A DNA stretch of 60,347 nt from Methanomassiliicoccales archaeon. GTDB lineage: Archaea > Thermoplasmatota > Thermoplasmata > Methanomassiliicoccales > UBA472. The stretch spans positions 1 to 60,347 of the forward strand of contig JAFGPG010000057.1 in NCBI GenBank assembly GCA_016926075.1, read 5' to 3'. Shown here in pieces: positions 28,036 to 38,157 of the stretch. Positions within the stretch are counted from its first letter, which is position 1; each line of letters opens with the position of its first letter. The notes beneath the pieces were generated by a model. That model was not told the DNA's origin, ran no database searches, and saw only the letters and a list, made by a program, of their open reading frames with translations. Made by a program: the position numbers and the translations under genes.

Positions 28036-28680
28036 TTGGCAATAGGTGTCCCCATAAGCGTCGAAGAAGAGCTTTCTCACATCCCCTCCTACTCACAAGA
28101 GCTAGGACTGGACCTGACAAGGCAGGAGGATAGGTTCAGATGGTTCCTCGCCTCTATCCTGTTCGCAAAGAGGATCTCGACCGAGGTCGCCAAGAGGACC
28201 TATCAGAGGTTCGTAGAGGAGGGCCTGGATACCCCCGAAAGAATACTGACCGCAGGATGGGATAGGTTGGTCGAGGTATTGGATTCCGGAGGCTACGTGA
28301 GATACGATTTTTCGACCGCCACGGCACTTCTGGAGATCATGAGGACTTTGATCGATACCTACGGTGATCTGGAGGTAATGCACAGCGTTTCCGCAAGCAC
28401 CGAGGACCTCGAGAGACGATTAAAGGCGATGAAAGGCATCGGACCGGTAGGGATGAACATATTCCTTCGGGAGCTGAGAGGTGTATGGGAGAAGGCCGAT
28501 CCGGATCCTTCCCCAACAGCCATTACGGTCGCTCAAAGGCTTGGAATGGAGGATGTGAAGAGGCACGAGTCGGCGTTTGTGAGGATCCATCTGGAATACT
28601 GCAAGAAACGAAGATGTGACGAGTGTCCCATCGAGCCCTTTTGCCAGCGGAAGATCATTCGGTCCCGAAGCTATGGATAG
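28036..28680 (+). CDS. HhH-GPD superfamily (DNA glycosylase-like) protein
   Basis: FRWFLASILF, GGYVRYDFSTA, MKGIGPVGMNIFLRE, C-terminal CKKRRCDECPIEPFC. Confidence 0.8.
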   Translation: MAIGVPISVEEELSHIPSYSQELGLDLTRQEDRFRWFLASILFAKRISTEVAKRTYQRFVEEGLDTPERILTAGWDRLVEVLDSGGYVRYDFSTATALLEIMRTLIDTYGDLEVMHSVSASTEDLERRLKAMKGIGPVGMNIFLRELRGVWEKADPDPSPTAITVAQRLGMEDVKRHESAFVRIHLEYCKKRRCDECPIEPFCQRKIIRSRSYG

Positions 28681-28901
28681 AGTAATCGACATGTTGAACA
28701 TTTTTTGATGCACGGTCGATCGTGAGGTTCGATCTAGGCCATTTGAAAAAACGATCTGCACTCCTCAATCCCGTAATTGTGCATTTGAGGCTCAGAGGTT
28801 GTAAAAGGGAATTACCTCGATCGGAGTCTCAATGAGAACGTTCATTGGTAGCCCGTTCCAATAATATAGAGTTAAATAATTATTATCCTTTCCATGTAAT
28901 A

Positions 28902-30269
28902 ATGACCGAGCTGAAACGGTCGGTGCGCTTTCCCAAGCTGCTGATATACGCCGTTGGTATCATTTTAGGGGCTGGTGTCTATGCATTGATAGGTGAGGCC
29001 GCAGAGGTCGCCGGTCCAGGTCTCTGGCTCTCTTTTCTGTTCGGTGCTTTGGTCGCTTCCTTCACGGGTCTGAGCTACGCTGAGCTATCCTCCATTAAAC
29101 CGACCACCGCTTCCGAGTATTATTACGTGAAACAGGGCTTTGACAGAAGACTCGCCTTTCTTACTGGTTGGATCATCAATATCGTCGACATCATTGCGAT
29201 CTCCACGGTCGCCATTGGATTTTCCGGCTACTTCGTGGCCTTGTTCTTCCCCGGCGCTTTGGATACCGTTCTTTTAGGCCTTTACCCCCTGGTCGTTACT
29301 CCCATTGTTCTCATAGCGATGTTGGCCATCGTCGCCATGGCCCTGATCAATTACATTGGGATCGAGGAGTCGGCATCCGTCAATGTTGTTCTTACTTTGG
29401 TCGAGGCCGCCGGTCTGATCTTGATCATCGCGATCGGAGCCATCTACTTCGGTGATGGGGGGTCCGCCCCAGACCTGCTAGAGCTACCGCTCGGGCTCTC
29501 AGGCCTGTTCGGGGCCATCGCCCTGATATTCTTCGCGTACCTTGGGTTCGAGGACCTGGCCAATCTTGGGGAGGAGGTCGTCGAGCCCCGGAAGAGCATA
29601 CCGAAGGCCATCATCTACTCCTTGATCATAACGACCATCATCTACATTCTGGTGGCCATCGTTGCTGTTAGCGTCGTTCCCTGGGATGAGCTGGCCTCCT
29701 CCTCCGAACCGTTGACCGCGGTCGCCGAGGCGGCCCTCGGCTCGGACGCCGGCGTCGTGCTCTCCTTCATCGCCCTCTTCGCCACCATCAACACCGTACT
29801 GATCATGATCACGGCCGCCTCCCGTTTCATGTTCGGCATGGCCAAGGACCGCATACTGCCCTCCTTCCTCAAGGCGGTGAGCGAGAGGCGGAGGACCCCC
29901 TATAAAGCGATCATCGCGGTCGCCGTCATCAGCTGTCTGTTCACTCTAGTGGAGGACATCGGCACGCTCGCCGAGATGACCACGCTGGGGGTCTTCGTCG
30001 TCTTCGCCATGATCAACGCCTCCCTGGTCAGGGTGAGGTACAAGGACGACCTTCCGGAGGACCGGTTCAAGAGCCCTATCAACATCGGCAAGCTACCGGT
30101 CCTGGCCATCCTTGGATTGGCCTCGTGCATATGGATGATAGGGACGTTCCTGATCAAGCTGACCCCCGAGGGGGTCCTCTTCGATGTCACGAACCCCTCC
30201 ATTGTAGTTATCGTCATCATGATCATCACCGGTTTCGTGGCCTATGGGCTCCTGAAGAAAGAACGGTGA
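28902..30269 (+). CDS. APC family amino acid permease
   Basis: GIILGAGVY, YAELSS, FFAYLGFE, EEVVEPRKSIPKA. Confidence 0.92.
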   Translation: MTELKRSVRFPKLLIYAVGIILGAGVYALIGEAAEVAGPGLWLSFLFGALVASFTGLSYAELSSIKPTTASEYYYVKQGFDRRLAFLTGWIINIVDIIAISTVAIGFSGYFVALFFPGALDTVLLGLYPLVVTPIVLIAMLAIVAMALINYIGIEESASVNVVLTLVEAAGLILIIAIGAIYFGDGGSAPDLLELPLGLSGLFGAIALIFFAYLGFEDLANLGEEVVEPRKSIPKAIIYSLIITTIIYILVAIVAVSVVPWDELASSSEPLTAVAEAALGSDAGVVLSFIALFATINTVLIMITAASRFMFGMAKDRILPSFLKAVSERRRTPYKAIIAVAVISCLFTLVEDIGTLAEMTTLGVFVVFAMINASLVRVRYKDDLPEDRFKSPINIGKLPVLAILGLASCIWMIGTFLIKLTPEGVLFDVTNPSIVVIVIMIITGFVAYGLLKKER

Positions 30270-30420
30270 ACGATCACTTGCGGCGCGAGGTCCACGCGGG
30301 ATCGAGTACATAGGCAGGAATCGGCACAGCGACTGGACTTCAAGATCCTTGACCGCTAGAATCCCAGGGCACAAAGAATGGTGGAAAGAGCTTATTACGC
30401 CATGGATATTAACGAGCAGC

Positions 30421-30912
30421 ATGACCGATGACGACCTGATAACCTATTGCGGGCTCTACTGCGGGATATGCGCGGAGAGGTACATTCTGCCGCAACGTGC
30501 CAGGGAACTGCTGGACCTGGTGAGGGAGGAGGGTTACGATCAGTACTATGAGTCCATCCCCGGTCTGAAGGAGCACTACCCCTCCTTCGTCAAGGTATTG
30601 GAGGACCTCTCCACGATGGACTGCAGGTGCAGGAACAGGAAAGGGGGGCCACCGAACTGCGAGATACGCAACTGCGCGGATGAGAGGGGCGTGTTCGTAT
30701 GCATGGACTGCCAGGATTTCCCTTGCGATAGATGGAGGTCCATCGCCCAGTTCTATCCCCTTCTTGCCAGCGACGCACAACGGTACAGGGAGATCGGGAA
30801 GCAGAGATGGTTGGAGGAGCAGAAGGCCAGGGGCAGGAAGGGCTTCTATTACGGCATGGTCAGATGTGTTCCGGAACCGGACCCGGAGGGGGCAGAAGGA
30901 AAAGAGAAGTGA
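30421..30912 (+). CDS. DUF3795-type Cys-rich (Fe-S/Zn) protein
   Basis: YCGLYCGIC...CRCR...CEIRNCA...CMDCQDFPC. Confidence 0.82.
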   Translation: MTDDDLITYCGLYCGICAERYILPQRARELLDLVREEGYDQYYESIPGLKEHYPSFVKVLEDLSTMDCRCRNRKGGPPNCEIRNCADERGVFVCMDCQDFPCDRWRSIAQFYPLLASDAQRYREIGKQRWLEEQKARGRKGFYYGMVRCVPEPDPEGAEGKEK

Positions 30913-31170
30913 CAACCTCCATGCGACCACGCACCTCTTTGTCGGTCACCGAATACCTTGCGAGACTCCATGAACGGTCCCTCCGGCAATGGGCTCGGTG
31001 CGATGGCCATCCTTATCGGTGACGACACAACGAACCTTGTGCTGCCGGAGCCGATGTCGACCCCCAGACCTAATTCGGGACGGTCGGGATCGTGATCGGA
31101 CTAAACGTAAATTAAGCACATCGGTCATCTGGAACCTAGATAGAGCTACGAAATGGAATGGTATGGGAAC

Positions 31171-33795
31171 ATGAAGAACGAGGAACGGGTGAGCAATACC
31201 GGACTTCCAGGCCTGGACAGGATATTGAACGGGGTCATTCTCGGGGACAACGTGGTCCTACAGGTGGATACCATCGACGATTACATACGTTTCGTGAGCC
31301 CCTTCTGCCTGGAGGCGCGCCGGCAGCGGAGGGACCTTATCTACTTCCGCTTCGCCGACCACGGGGTCGTCGTTCCGGATGGGACATGCGACCACGTCTT
31401 CGAGCTTCGTCCCGAGGAGGGCTTCGAGAACTTCATATCAGAGATCCTCAAGGTCATCGAGCGATTCGGGAAAGGGGCCTTCTACGTCTTCGATTGCCTA
31501 TCGGAGCTGTCCGCCGATTGGTACAGCGACCGCATGCTGGGCAACTTCTTTCTGCTGGCCTGCCCCTACCTCTATGATTTCGATACGGTCGCCTATTTCG
31601 CCCTCATACGTAATCGTCATACACCGTTCGCCATCGATGCCATTCATGGGACGGCGCAGGTGGTCATGGACGTGTACTCTCACCGTGGAGAGGTCTACGT
31701 CCATCCTCTGAAGGCGGAGGGCAGGCGATCGGACACCATGTACATGCTTCACCGCTGGGAGGGGGAGGAGTTCATACCGGTCCTGACCAGCACGACCACC
31801 GCTGAGATACTGACTGAGGTCCCGCAGCCCTGGTTGGACTTCTCCATGCACCAGCGCGACGTATGGACCAACAGCTTCGCACAGGCATGGGACATCGTCA
31901 GTTCGACAACGCCCGACCGAAGGGCGGCCTGGAAGGGCTGCAATCTCTTCCGTCGCCTGGTGCGGATGGCCGTGACCAGGGACGCGCGTTTGATGAGACT
32001 GGTCGATGAATATCTCGACTGCTCGGACATCGTCGATATCGGGAAGCGTATGATAGGGACCGGGCTCATCGGCGGCAAGTCCGTCGGCATGCTCCTGGCC
32101 CGCGCCATCCTGAAGAGCAAGGACATTGACCTGACGAACAAGCTCGAGCCGCACGATTCCTTCTACATCGGTTCGGACGTCTTTTACACCTATCTCATCC
32201 AGAACCATTGCTGGTGGATCAGGCGGAACCTCAGGAACCCCGAGTCCGAGTTCGTTATGGATGAAGGGGCCAGGGAGAGGATGCTCACGGGGAGGTTCCC
32301 TAAGGACATCGAGGACCAGTTCGTGAAGATGCTCGAGTATTACGGGCAGTCGCCCATCATCGTCCGTTCCTCGAGCCTCCTGGAAGACGCCTACGGGAAC
32401 GCCTTCTCCGGGAAGTATGAGAGCGTTTTCTGCGCCAACCAGGGCACGCCCCAGGAAAGACTCGATAACTTCCTGGACGCCGTCCGCAGGGTCTATATGA
32501 GCACCTTGAGCAAGGAGGCACTGGCCTATCGCGCTCACTGGGGCCTGCTGGACCAGGACGAGCAGATGGCCATACTCGTACAGCGCGTGTCCGGCGCCGT
32601 CCACGGGGACCAGTTCTTCCCGCATGTCGCCGGCGTGGGGGTCTCCTACAATCCGTACGTATGGCACGGGGATATCGACCCTAGGGCAGGGATGATAAGA
32701 CTGGTCTTCGGCCTTGGCACCAGGGCCGTGGACCGCGTCGATGACGATTACACGCGCATCGTGGCCCTGAACGCGCCCCTGCGCAGGCCAGAGGCCAGTT
32801 CCGAGGACGTCAGAAGGTTCTCCCAAAGGAGCGCTGACATCATCGACCTGGACGGCAATCGCCTCGCCTCGCGGCCCTTCCAGAATATCGTGGAGAGGCT
32901 GTCCGACATCCCCCTCACGGTCTTCGCCTCCCGGGACCTGGCTTTGGAAAGGCACCTTCAGGAAATGGGGTCGACGGAGGCCTTTACATGGATGCTCACC
33001 TTCGATCAGCTGCTGTCCCAGGGACCTTTCGTGAAGGACATGAGGAACATGATGAGGGAGCTCGAGGACGCCTATGAGCATCCGGTGGACATCGAGTTCA
33101 CCGTCAATTTCACGGACATCGACGATTACAGGATCAATCTGCTTCAGTGCAGACCCTTCCAGACCAAAGGGAAGGTCCTGAGCGTCGAGAGGCCCTTGTC
33201 CGCCCCTTCCGAAAGCGTGATCCTGCAGTCCACTGGGCCGGTCATCGGAGGTGGCATAGCCACACCGATCGACCGCATCATCTACGTGGTCCCCGAGGTC
33301 TATGGGAACATGAAGGTGAGCGACCGCTATGCGGTCGCCAGGCTCATCGGCAGGTTGACACACTTGCAGGACAGGGAGACGAGACCCACGATCCTTCTCA
33401 TAGGCCCCGGAAGATGGGCGACCACCTCCCCCTTCCTCGGGGTACCGGTCTCCTTCTCCGAGATCAACACCGTCTCCGTCCTCTGCGAGGTGGTGACCAT
33501 GCACGAGGGTCTCGTTCCCGAGGCTTCGTTGGGAACGCACTTCTTCAACGACCTCGTCGAGTCCGACATGCTCTACTGCGCCGTCTACCCCCAAAGGGAC
33601 GAGAACGTCCTCGATCAGGACTTCTTCTCCAAGGCAGAGAACAGGCTGTCGACCCTGGTGCCCGAGGCGGCATCCCTCAGCTCCGCTATCAAGGTCATCG
33701 ACGGGGCCGATGGCCGGGACGGCCTCCGCATCTACCTGAGCTCGGACGTGCCCAAGCAGAGGCTGACCTGCTACCTGGACTCCCCGAAGGAATGA
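31171..33795 (+). CDS. PEP/pyruvate-binding (PEP synthase/PPDK N-terminal ATP-grasp) domain protein with N-terminal RecA/KaiC-like domain
   Basis: TGLPGLDRILNG; IGGKSVG, IVRSSSLLED...AFSGKYES, MAILVQ, GLGTRAV, DIEF, LLQCRP. Confidence 0.85.
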   Translation: MKNEERVSNTGLPGLDRILNGVILGDNVVLQVDTIDDYIRFVSPFCLEARRQRRDLIYFRFADHGVVVPDGTCDHVFELRPEEGFENFISEILKVIERFGKGAFYVFDCLSELSADWYSDRMLGNFFLLACPYLYDFDTVAYFALIRNRHTPFAIDAIHGTAQVVMDVYSHRGEVYVHPLKAEGRRSDTMYMLHRWEGEEFIPVLTSTTTAEILTEVPQPWLDFSMHQRDVWTNSFAQAWDIVSSTTPDRRAAWKGCNLFRRLVRMAVTRDARLMRLVDEYLDCSDIVDIGKRMIGTGLIGGKSVGMLLARAILKSKDIDLTNKLEPHDSFYIGSDVFYTYLIQNHCWWIRRNLRNPESEFVMDEGARERMLTGRFPKDIEDQFVKMLEYYGQSPIIVRSSSLLEDAYGNAFSGKYESVFCANQGTPQERLDNFLDAVRRVYMSTLSKEALAYRAHWGLLDQDEQMAILVQRVSGAVHGDQFFPHVAGVGVSYNPYVWHGDIDPRAGMIRLVFGLGTRAVDRVDDDYTRIVALNAPLRRPEASSEDVRRFSQRSADIIDLDGNRLASRPFQNIVERLSDIPLTVFASRDLALERHLQEMGSTEAFTWMLTFDQLLSQGPFVKDMRNMMRELEDAYEHPVDIEFTVNFTDIDDYRINLLQCRPFQTKGKVLSVERPLSAPSESVILQSTGPVIGGGIATPIDRIIYVVPEVYGNMKVSDRYAVARLIGRLTHLQDRETRPTILLIGPGRWATTSPFLGVPVSFSEINTVSVLCEVVTMHEGLVPEASLGTHFFNDLVESDMLYCAVYPQRDENVLDQDFFSKAENRLSTLVPEAASLSSAIKVIDGADGRDGLRIYLSSDVPKQRLTCYLDSPKE

Positions 33796-34035
33796 GGCGG
33801 TCCGAGGGACGGGACACGACCCTCAAGGAAGGTGTCGTTCTAGGAACCGCACCGATCATCATCCGCCCCGGCGTACCGGTCCGCTCGATGTGAAGTATGC
33901 AAGGGGACCGCTGTTCTCTTCATACGTCATGATGGCAACCCCTCATGGCTCGGACAGGGGGCATCGTTCCCCCAAGGCCCAACGCTCTCTGCACAATGTT
34001 TAAGGTCGCCTCTCCTCTCATGGACCGGGACGGCG

Positions 34036-35460
34036 ATGGATCGAACGAGGGAGGAAAGGGGACGGTACCTGGCCTTGACCATAGTCATGATCGGGGTGTT
34101 CATGTCCGTCCTGGACGCCGTGTCCCTGAACATCGCCCTCCCCTCCATCACCTCCTACTTCCAGGTGGCGGTGGCCGACACGCAGTGGGTGGTGACCTCC
34201 TACCTGCTGGTCCAGACGTGCTTTCTGATCATTTCCGGCAAATTGTCCGAGCGGACCGGCCAGGCCAGGATGTTCACCCTCGGCCTCTTGGTCTTCTCCG
34301 CCTCCTCGCTCCTTTGTGCCCTCTCCTCCGACCTGTGGCAGCTCATCATGTTCCGGGTTATGCAGGGCCTGGGGGCCTCCATGATGTTCAGCGTCTCCAC
34401 GGCCATAATCTTCCGGATATTCGATGTCCGGGGACGGGGGAAGGCCTTGGGATTCCTGGGATCGACCGTATCGCTGGGGGGCATGCTCGGCCCGGTGATA
34501 GGCGGCGTGCTGGTGGGGACCCTGGGATGGCAGTCCATATTCCTGGTGAACGTTCCCATCGGCCTTATCGCCGCAATCCTGGCGGTGAGGGCGCTGAAGA
34601 TAGAGGAAACGATCTCGGAACATCTGCGCATGGACTACATCGGAGCGGTGCTGTGGGTGGCGTCCATCGGTGCACTGGTGCTCATGCTGGGGGCGCTCGG
34701 GGGGACCGGGACGCTCACCACCGTGAACGGAGCGTACCTGGTTGTGTTCCTGGTCACCATATTGCTGTTCGTGCTCCGGGAACGGAGAGCGGCCGAACCG
34801 CTGCTGGACATATCCGTCTTCAGGGTACGACGGTTCTCCCTCACCGCCATGAGCATGGTCATGTTCTTCATGTCCATGAGCCTGGTCGTCATCCTCGGTC
34901 CGTTCTACTACGAGGGCGTTCTGGTGTACGGCCCCGCCACCGTGGGGGCCATATTCATGATACTGCCCGCCATCACCATGTTCGGCTCCCCCCTGGTGGG
35001 CCGGATATACGATAAGAGGCGCCTCTGGCCCTATACCACCATGGCGCACCTGATAAGGGCGCTGGGCTTCTTCCTCATGGCCTACGGCTTCCTCATCCTC
35101 GACCTGCCGCTCACCCTGGTGGCCTTCGCGGTCATGGGATTGGGCAGCTGCCTGTTCCAGACCCCCAACAACGCCGAGATGATGCTGTCACTGCCTATGA
35201 GGAAGAGCGGGCTGGCATCGAGCATCCAGGCCACCACCAGGAACCTGAGCATGGCGGTGGGGATCTCCCTGGCCACCATACTCATGACCGTGATGATGGG
35301 CTCCATGGACTACGGCGCCATCGCCGGAGGACCCCTCGCCGGAGAGCTGGCACGGTCCGTGGCCATTGCCGTGGCGTTCGGCGGGGTCCTATCGATGATA
35401 GGAGCGATGATCTCCCGCATGAGCGAGAGGGGGATAGGCAAGTCCGGCGATACGAACTGA
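34036..35460 (+). CDS. MFS efflux transporter (DHA2/EmrB-like)
   Basis: NIALPSI, WVVTSYLL, GKLSERTG, FRVMQGLG, WQSIFLVNVPIG. Confidence 0.92.
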   Translation: MDRTREERGRYLALTIVMIGVFMSVLDAVSLNIALPSITSYFQVAVADTQWVVTSYLLVQTCFLIISGKLSERTGQARMFTLGLLVFSASSLLCALSSDLWQLIMFRVMQGLGASMMFSVSTAIIFRIFDVRGRGKALGFLGSTVSLGGMLGPVIGGVLVGTLGWQSIFLVNVPIGLIAAILAVRALKIEETISEHLRMDYIGAVLWVASIGALVLMLGALGGTGTLTTVNGAYLVVFLVTILLFVLRERRAAEPLLDISVFRVRRFSLTAMSMVMFFMSMSLVVILGPFYYEGVLVYGPATVGAIFMILPAITMFGSPLVGRIYDKRRLWPYTTMAHLIRALGFFLMAYGFLILDLPLTLVAFAVMGLGSCLFQTPNNAEMMLSLPMRKSGLASSIQATTRNLSMAVGISLATILMTVMMGSMDYGAIAGGPLAGELARSVAIAVAFGGVLSMIGAMISRMSERGIGKSGDTN

Positions 35461-35564
35461 ACGGGTCATCCACCTTGGCCGATGGCAATGTTCCAGGTGA
35501 TAGGATCGTCGATCCCCCAAGCCATCAGATAAACTAATGTTCCTTGGGTTCGCCTCTATCAACT

Positions 35565-35945
35565 ATGAACTCAGATAGCATGCCACCCTGGCCCTCCGCC
35601 TCGCAGGAGATCCACGAGATCTTAAAACGTCATATTTTAAAATATGAGGTCGAGCACAGGGTCATGTTCGGGGCCCCATGCTATTTCGTCAAGGGCAACA
35701 TGTTCACCGGTGTTCTCTCCGATTACATCTTCCTACGGCTTTCCCCGCAGGACCGGAAGGAAGTTTTGGACGCCAGTATCGGGAAGGAGTTCATCCCCCG
35801 ACCCGGAAGGAAGATGAAAGAATACTGCACCCTGTCCGGGCCGATCATCAACGACGAGGGGACATTTTCAACCTTGCTGGATAAAGGTTACGCGTATGTA
35901 ATGAGCCTCGGACCAAAGAAGAGGGTCAAGGGGTCCAAAAAATAA
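35565..35945 (+). CDS. TfoX/Sxy N-terminal domain protein
   Basis: RVMFGAPCYFVKGNMF, FLRLS, GRKMKEY, YVMSLGPK. Confidence 0.8.
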   Translation: MNSDSMPPWPSASQEIHEILKRHILKYEVEHRVMFGAPCYFVKGNMFTGVLSDYIFLRLSPQDRKEVLDASIGKEFIPRPGRKMKEYCTLSGPIINDEGTFSTLLDKGYAYVMSLGPKKRVKGSKK

Positions 35946-35980
35946 GGAACGGATTGATCTGAATGGTCCGATCAAGACCT

Positions 35981-36390
35981 CTACAGTCCCGACCCCTGAT
36001 CATCCCGACATCGTTGATATCGATGACCTCTGTTTCCGGGAGGCCCAGGGGCCGCCGGACCTTGGTCAGCAGCTCCCCCCTATGACATCCCCCTCCACCA
36101 GGCCATATCGGCGACCACGGCTAAGGAGGTCACCTTCATGTCCTTGCCCAGGATCTCCTTGATCAAGTGGATCTGCGCGCCCATGCCCCGCTTCTTGACC
36201 ATGTTCACCGGCCTGCTCAGGATGGAGGCCATCTGTTCATTGTCCTCACCGACGAACATGCTCATCCGGTGGAACGCCAGGAACAACCCCCGACGCATCC
36301 TCCTTGATGATGACCCCGTGACGGCGATGGTGACCAGGCTGACCGCATTGAAAACATCCTCCTTGCCGAGCTTCACCCTCAATCCTGAAA
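35981..36390 (-). pseudogene. Frameshifted TerB (tellurite-resistance) family gene
   Basis: Joining frames gives AVSLVTIA / GVIIKED / GLFLAFHRMSMF...SLAVVADM / LVEGDV / ELLTKVRRPLGLPETEVIDINDVGMIRGSGL, following the TerB pattern; needs several frameshifts. Confidence 0.6.
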
Positions 36391-36594
36391 GCGAACAATG
36401 TTGAATAGACCCATGTAATTCCTCTAACGCCATTGTGACGGTCCATTCCCGAAGCGTTCGGATCCCCATCGTCGACCCAACGGCAGAGGGGAAGGAGAGA
36501 ATGATTTTATTCAATTGTATATATTTTTAAATTGTAAAGCGGGCCAATTGTTCTTTTTACTTGATTTAAAGAATATACAAAATAAAAAGCTAGA

Positions 36595-38157
36595 TCACTC
36601 AATTCGTATGAGGTTGCGATATCCCAAGGCCAACAGCGACCCGCCCATGACCGTGCTGGTCGCCAGTAACGCGATCAACCCCAGCTGCTGTCCGAAGAGG
36701 GCGAAGCTTAGCACGAACAGCAGGAAGGAGATGGTCATGACCATGACCGCGTTCCCGAGCACCTCCAGGGGCTTCTCGGAGAAGGCCGGGAAGATCAGGA
36801 AGAGGCCGGTGGACATCATGACGTAGGACGAGGCCACCAACACCATCCATCCAGTGAGGACCAGAAGCTCTAACCCCCTCACCCCGCCGGGGACCAGCAC
36901 TATGAGCGCCGACACGGCGGCCACCGGCTGCAGTACCAGCCAGCCCTGCAGGACACGGGAGCGCACCAGCTTGCCCTCCCCCTGAGGCGCCTTGCGATAG
37001 ACGAACAGGTTGTCCTTACCCCTGGCGGTCACCTCCCCGACCACGAACACGCAGAGGAAGGCCATGAGCCAGGAGACGGTGAGCAATGCAAGGACGGTGT
37101 AGTCGCCTGCGGGCAATGAGCCCAGCATGAAGACCTCCACCATGACCACCAGGGCGAGGACGTACAGCACCCGGGAGAGGTTCTCAAGACGCCGGCCGAA
37201 GTCCTTCAGCACGGTCACCAGCACCGTCCCCGCCGAACCGCCAAAGGCCAGGGCGCGAGCGTAACGATAGAGCCGCCCCTCCGGGGCGGCCCGGGGGGTG
37301 GCGAAGGAGACCGGTTCGAGGTCGAAGGCCCTCCCCGCCAACCGTCCGCCAAGGTATATGGAGCCGAACAGCACCCCGGCCAGGCCGAGCAGGACGGCGG
37401 CGGTCCTCCAGGCCTCGTGCCCCAAATCCCCGGGGTGCTGCAGGAAGCGCAGCACCGCGTCCGCCCCCCAGGAGCTGGGCAGCAGCCAGAACGCCCCGGA
37501 CAAGGCTTCGCCATGCCCCTGCAGGGCGTCGAGCATGCCTCCGCTCACCGAGAAGTACATCAGGCCGACCAGGGGGAGCGCGATGAGCAGGGCCAGCGCA
37601 GGCCCGGCATCCCTCCCCCGCTGGCTGCGGCCCAGGAAGGCCTTCAGCATGGCCGAGAGCAGCAACCCCAGCCAAAGGGCGATCAGCACCACCAGTATGA
37701 ACACCAGCACGGAGAGCAATACCTGGTCCGCAGTCATGCCGAAGGGAACGAAGAGGGCCAGCAGGGTGCCGGCCAGCACGGAGATGAGAATGGCGTATGT
37801 GGGCAGCATGCCCAGGAAGCGCCCGAGCAGCACGTCCATGGGCCGTACCGGGGCGGCCAGGACGGCCTCCAAGGGGGCCAGGTTGGTGTCCTGCAGGGTC
37901 TGTATAAGGGGTATGGTCAGCACGCTGACGAAGATGATGAACAGTAACACCTGCAGAAAGGCCAGGGCCGCCTCGGACAGGAAGAGGTCCTTGGTGAGGT
38001 CCGAGGCCAGGCCGAAGACCGCCGGGGCCACGACAAAGACGTAGAGGACCACCAGGGCGGTGACCAGGAAGGGAAAGACCTTGCGAAAGCGGCGCATGCC
38101 GCTGGTCTTCATCAGGTACTCGTTCCTGGCGATGAGCCACCATTTAGGTCGATGCAA
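36595..38157 (-). CDS. Multi-TM ABC exporter permease
   Basis: Highly hydrophobic, LAAPVRPMDVLLGRFLG, LLPSSWG; TTG start after GGAGGA; overlaps the ATPase stop. Confidence 0.82.
   Translation of the reverse strand: MHRPKWWLIARNEYLMKTSGMRRFRKVFPFLVTALVVLYVFVVAPAVFGLASDLTKDLFLSEAALAFLQVLLFIIFVSVLTIPLIQTLQDTNLAPLEAVLAAPVRPMDVLLGRFLGMLPTYAILISVLAGTLLALFVPFGMTADQVLLSVLVFILVVLIALWLGLLLSAMLKAFLGRSQRGRDAGPALALLIALPLVGLMYFSVSGGMLDALQGHGEALSGAFWLLPSSWGADAVLRFLQHPGDLGHEAWRTAAVLLGLAGVLFGSIYLGGRLAGRAFDLEPVSFATPRAAPEGRLYRYARALAFGGSAGTVLVTVLKDFGRRLENLSRVLYVLALVVMVEVFMLGSLPAGDYTVLALLTVSWLMAFLCVFVVGEVTARGKDNLFVYRKAPQGEGKLVRSRVLQGWLVLQPVAAVSALIVLVPGGVRGLELLVLTGWMVLVASSYVMMSTGLFLIFPAFSEKPLEVLGNAVMVMTISFLLFVLSFALFGQQLGLIALLATSTVMGGSLLALGYRNLIRIE

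Noticed and set aside
31498..33594. 698-aa minus-strand ORF
   Set aside because: Antisense shadow of the PEP-synthase-like gene, with no motifs
26843..36600. Intact integrative element at tRNA-Leu
   Set aside because: No integrase, transposase or duplicated tRNA 3' end was seen
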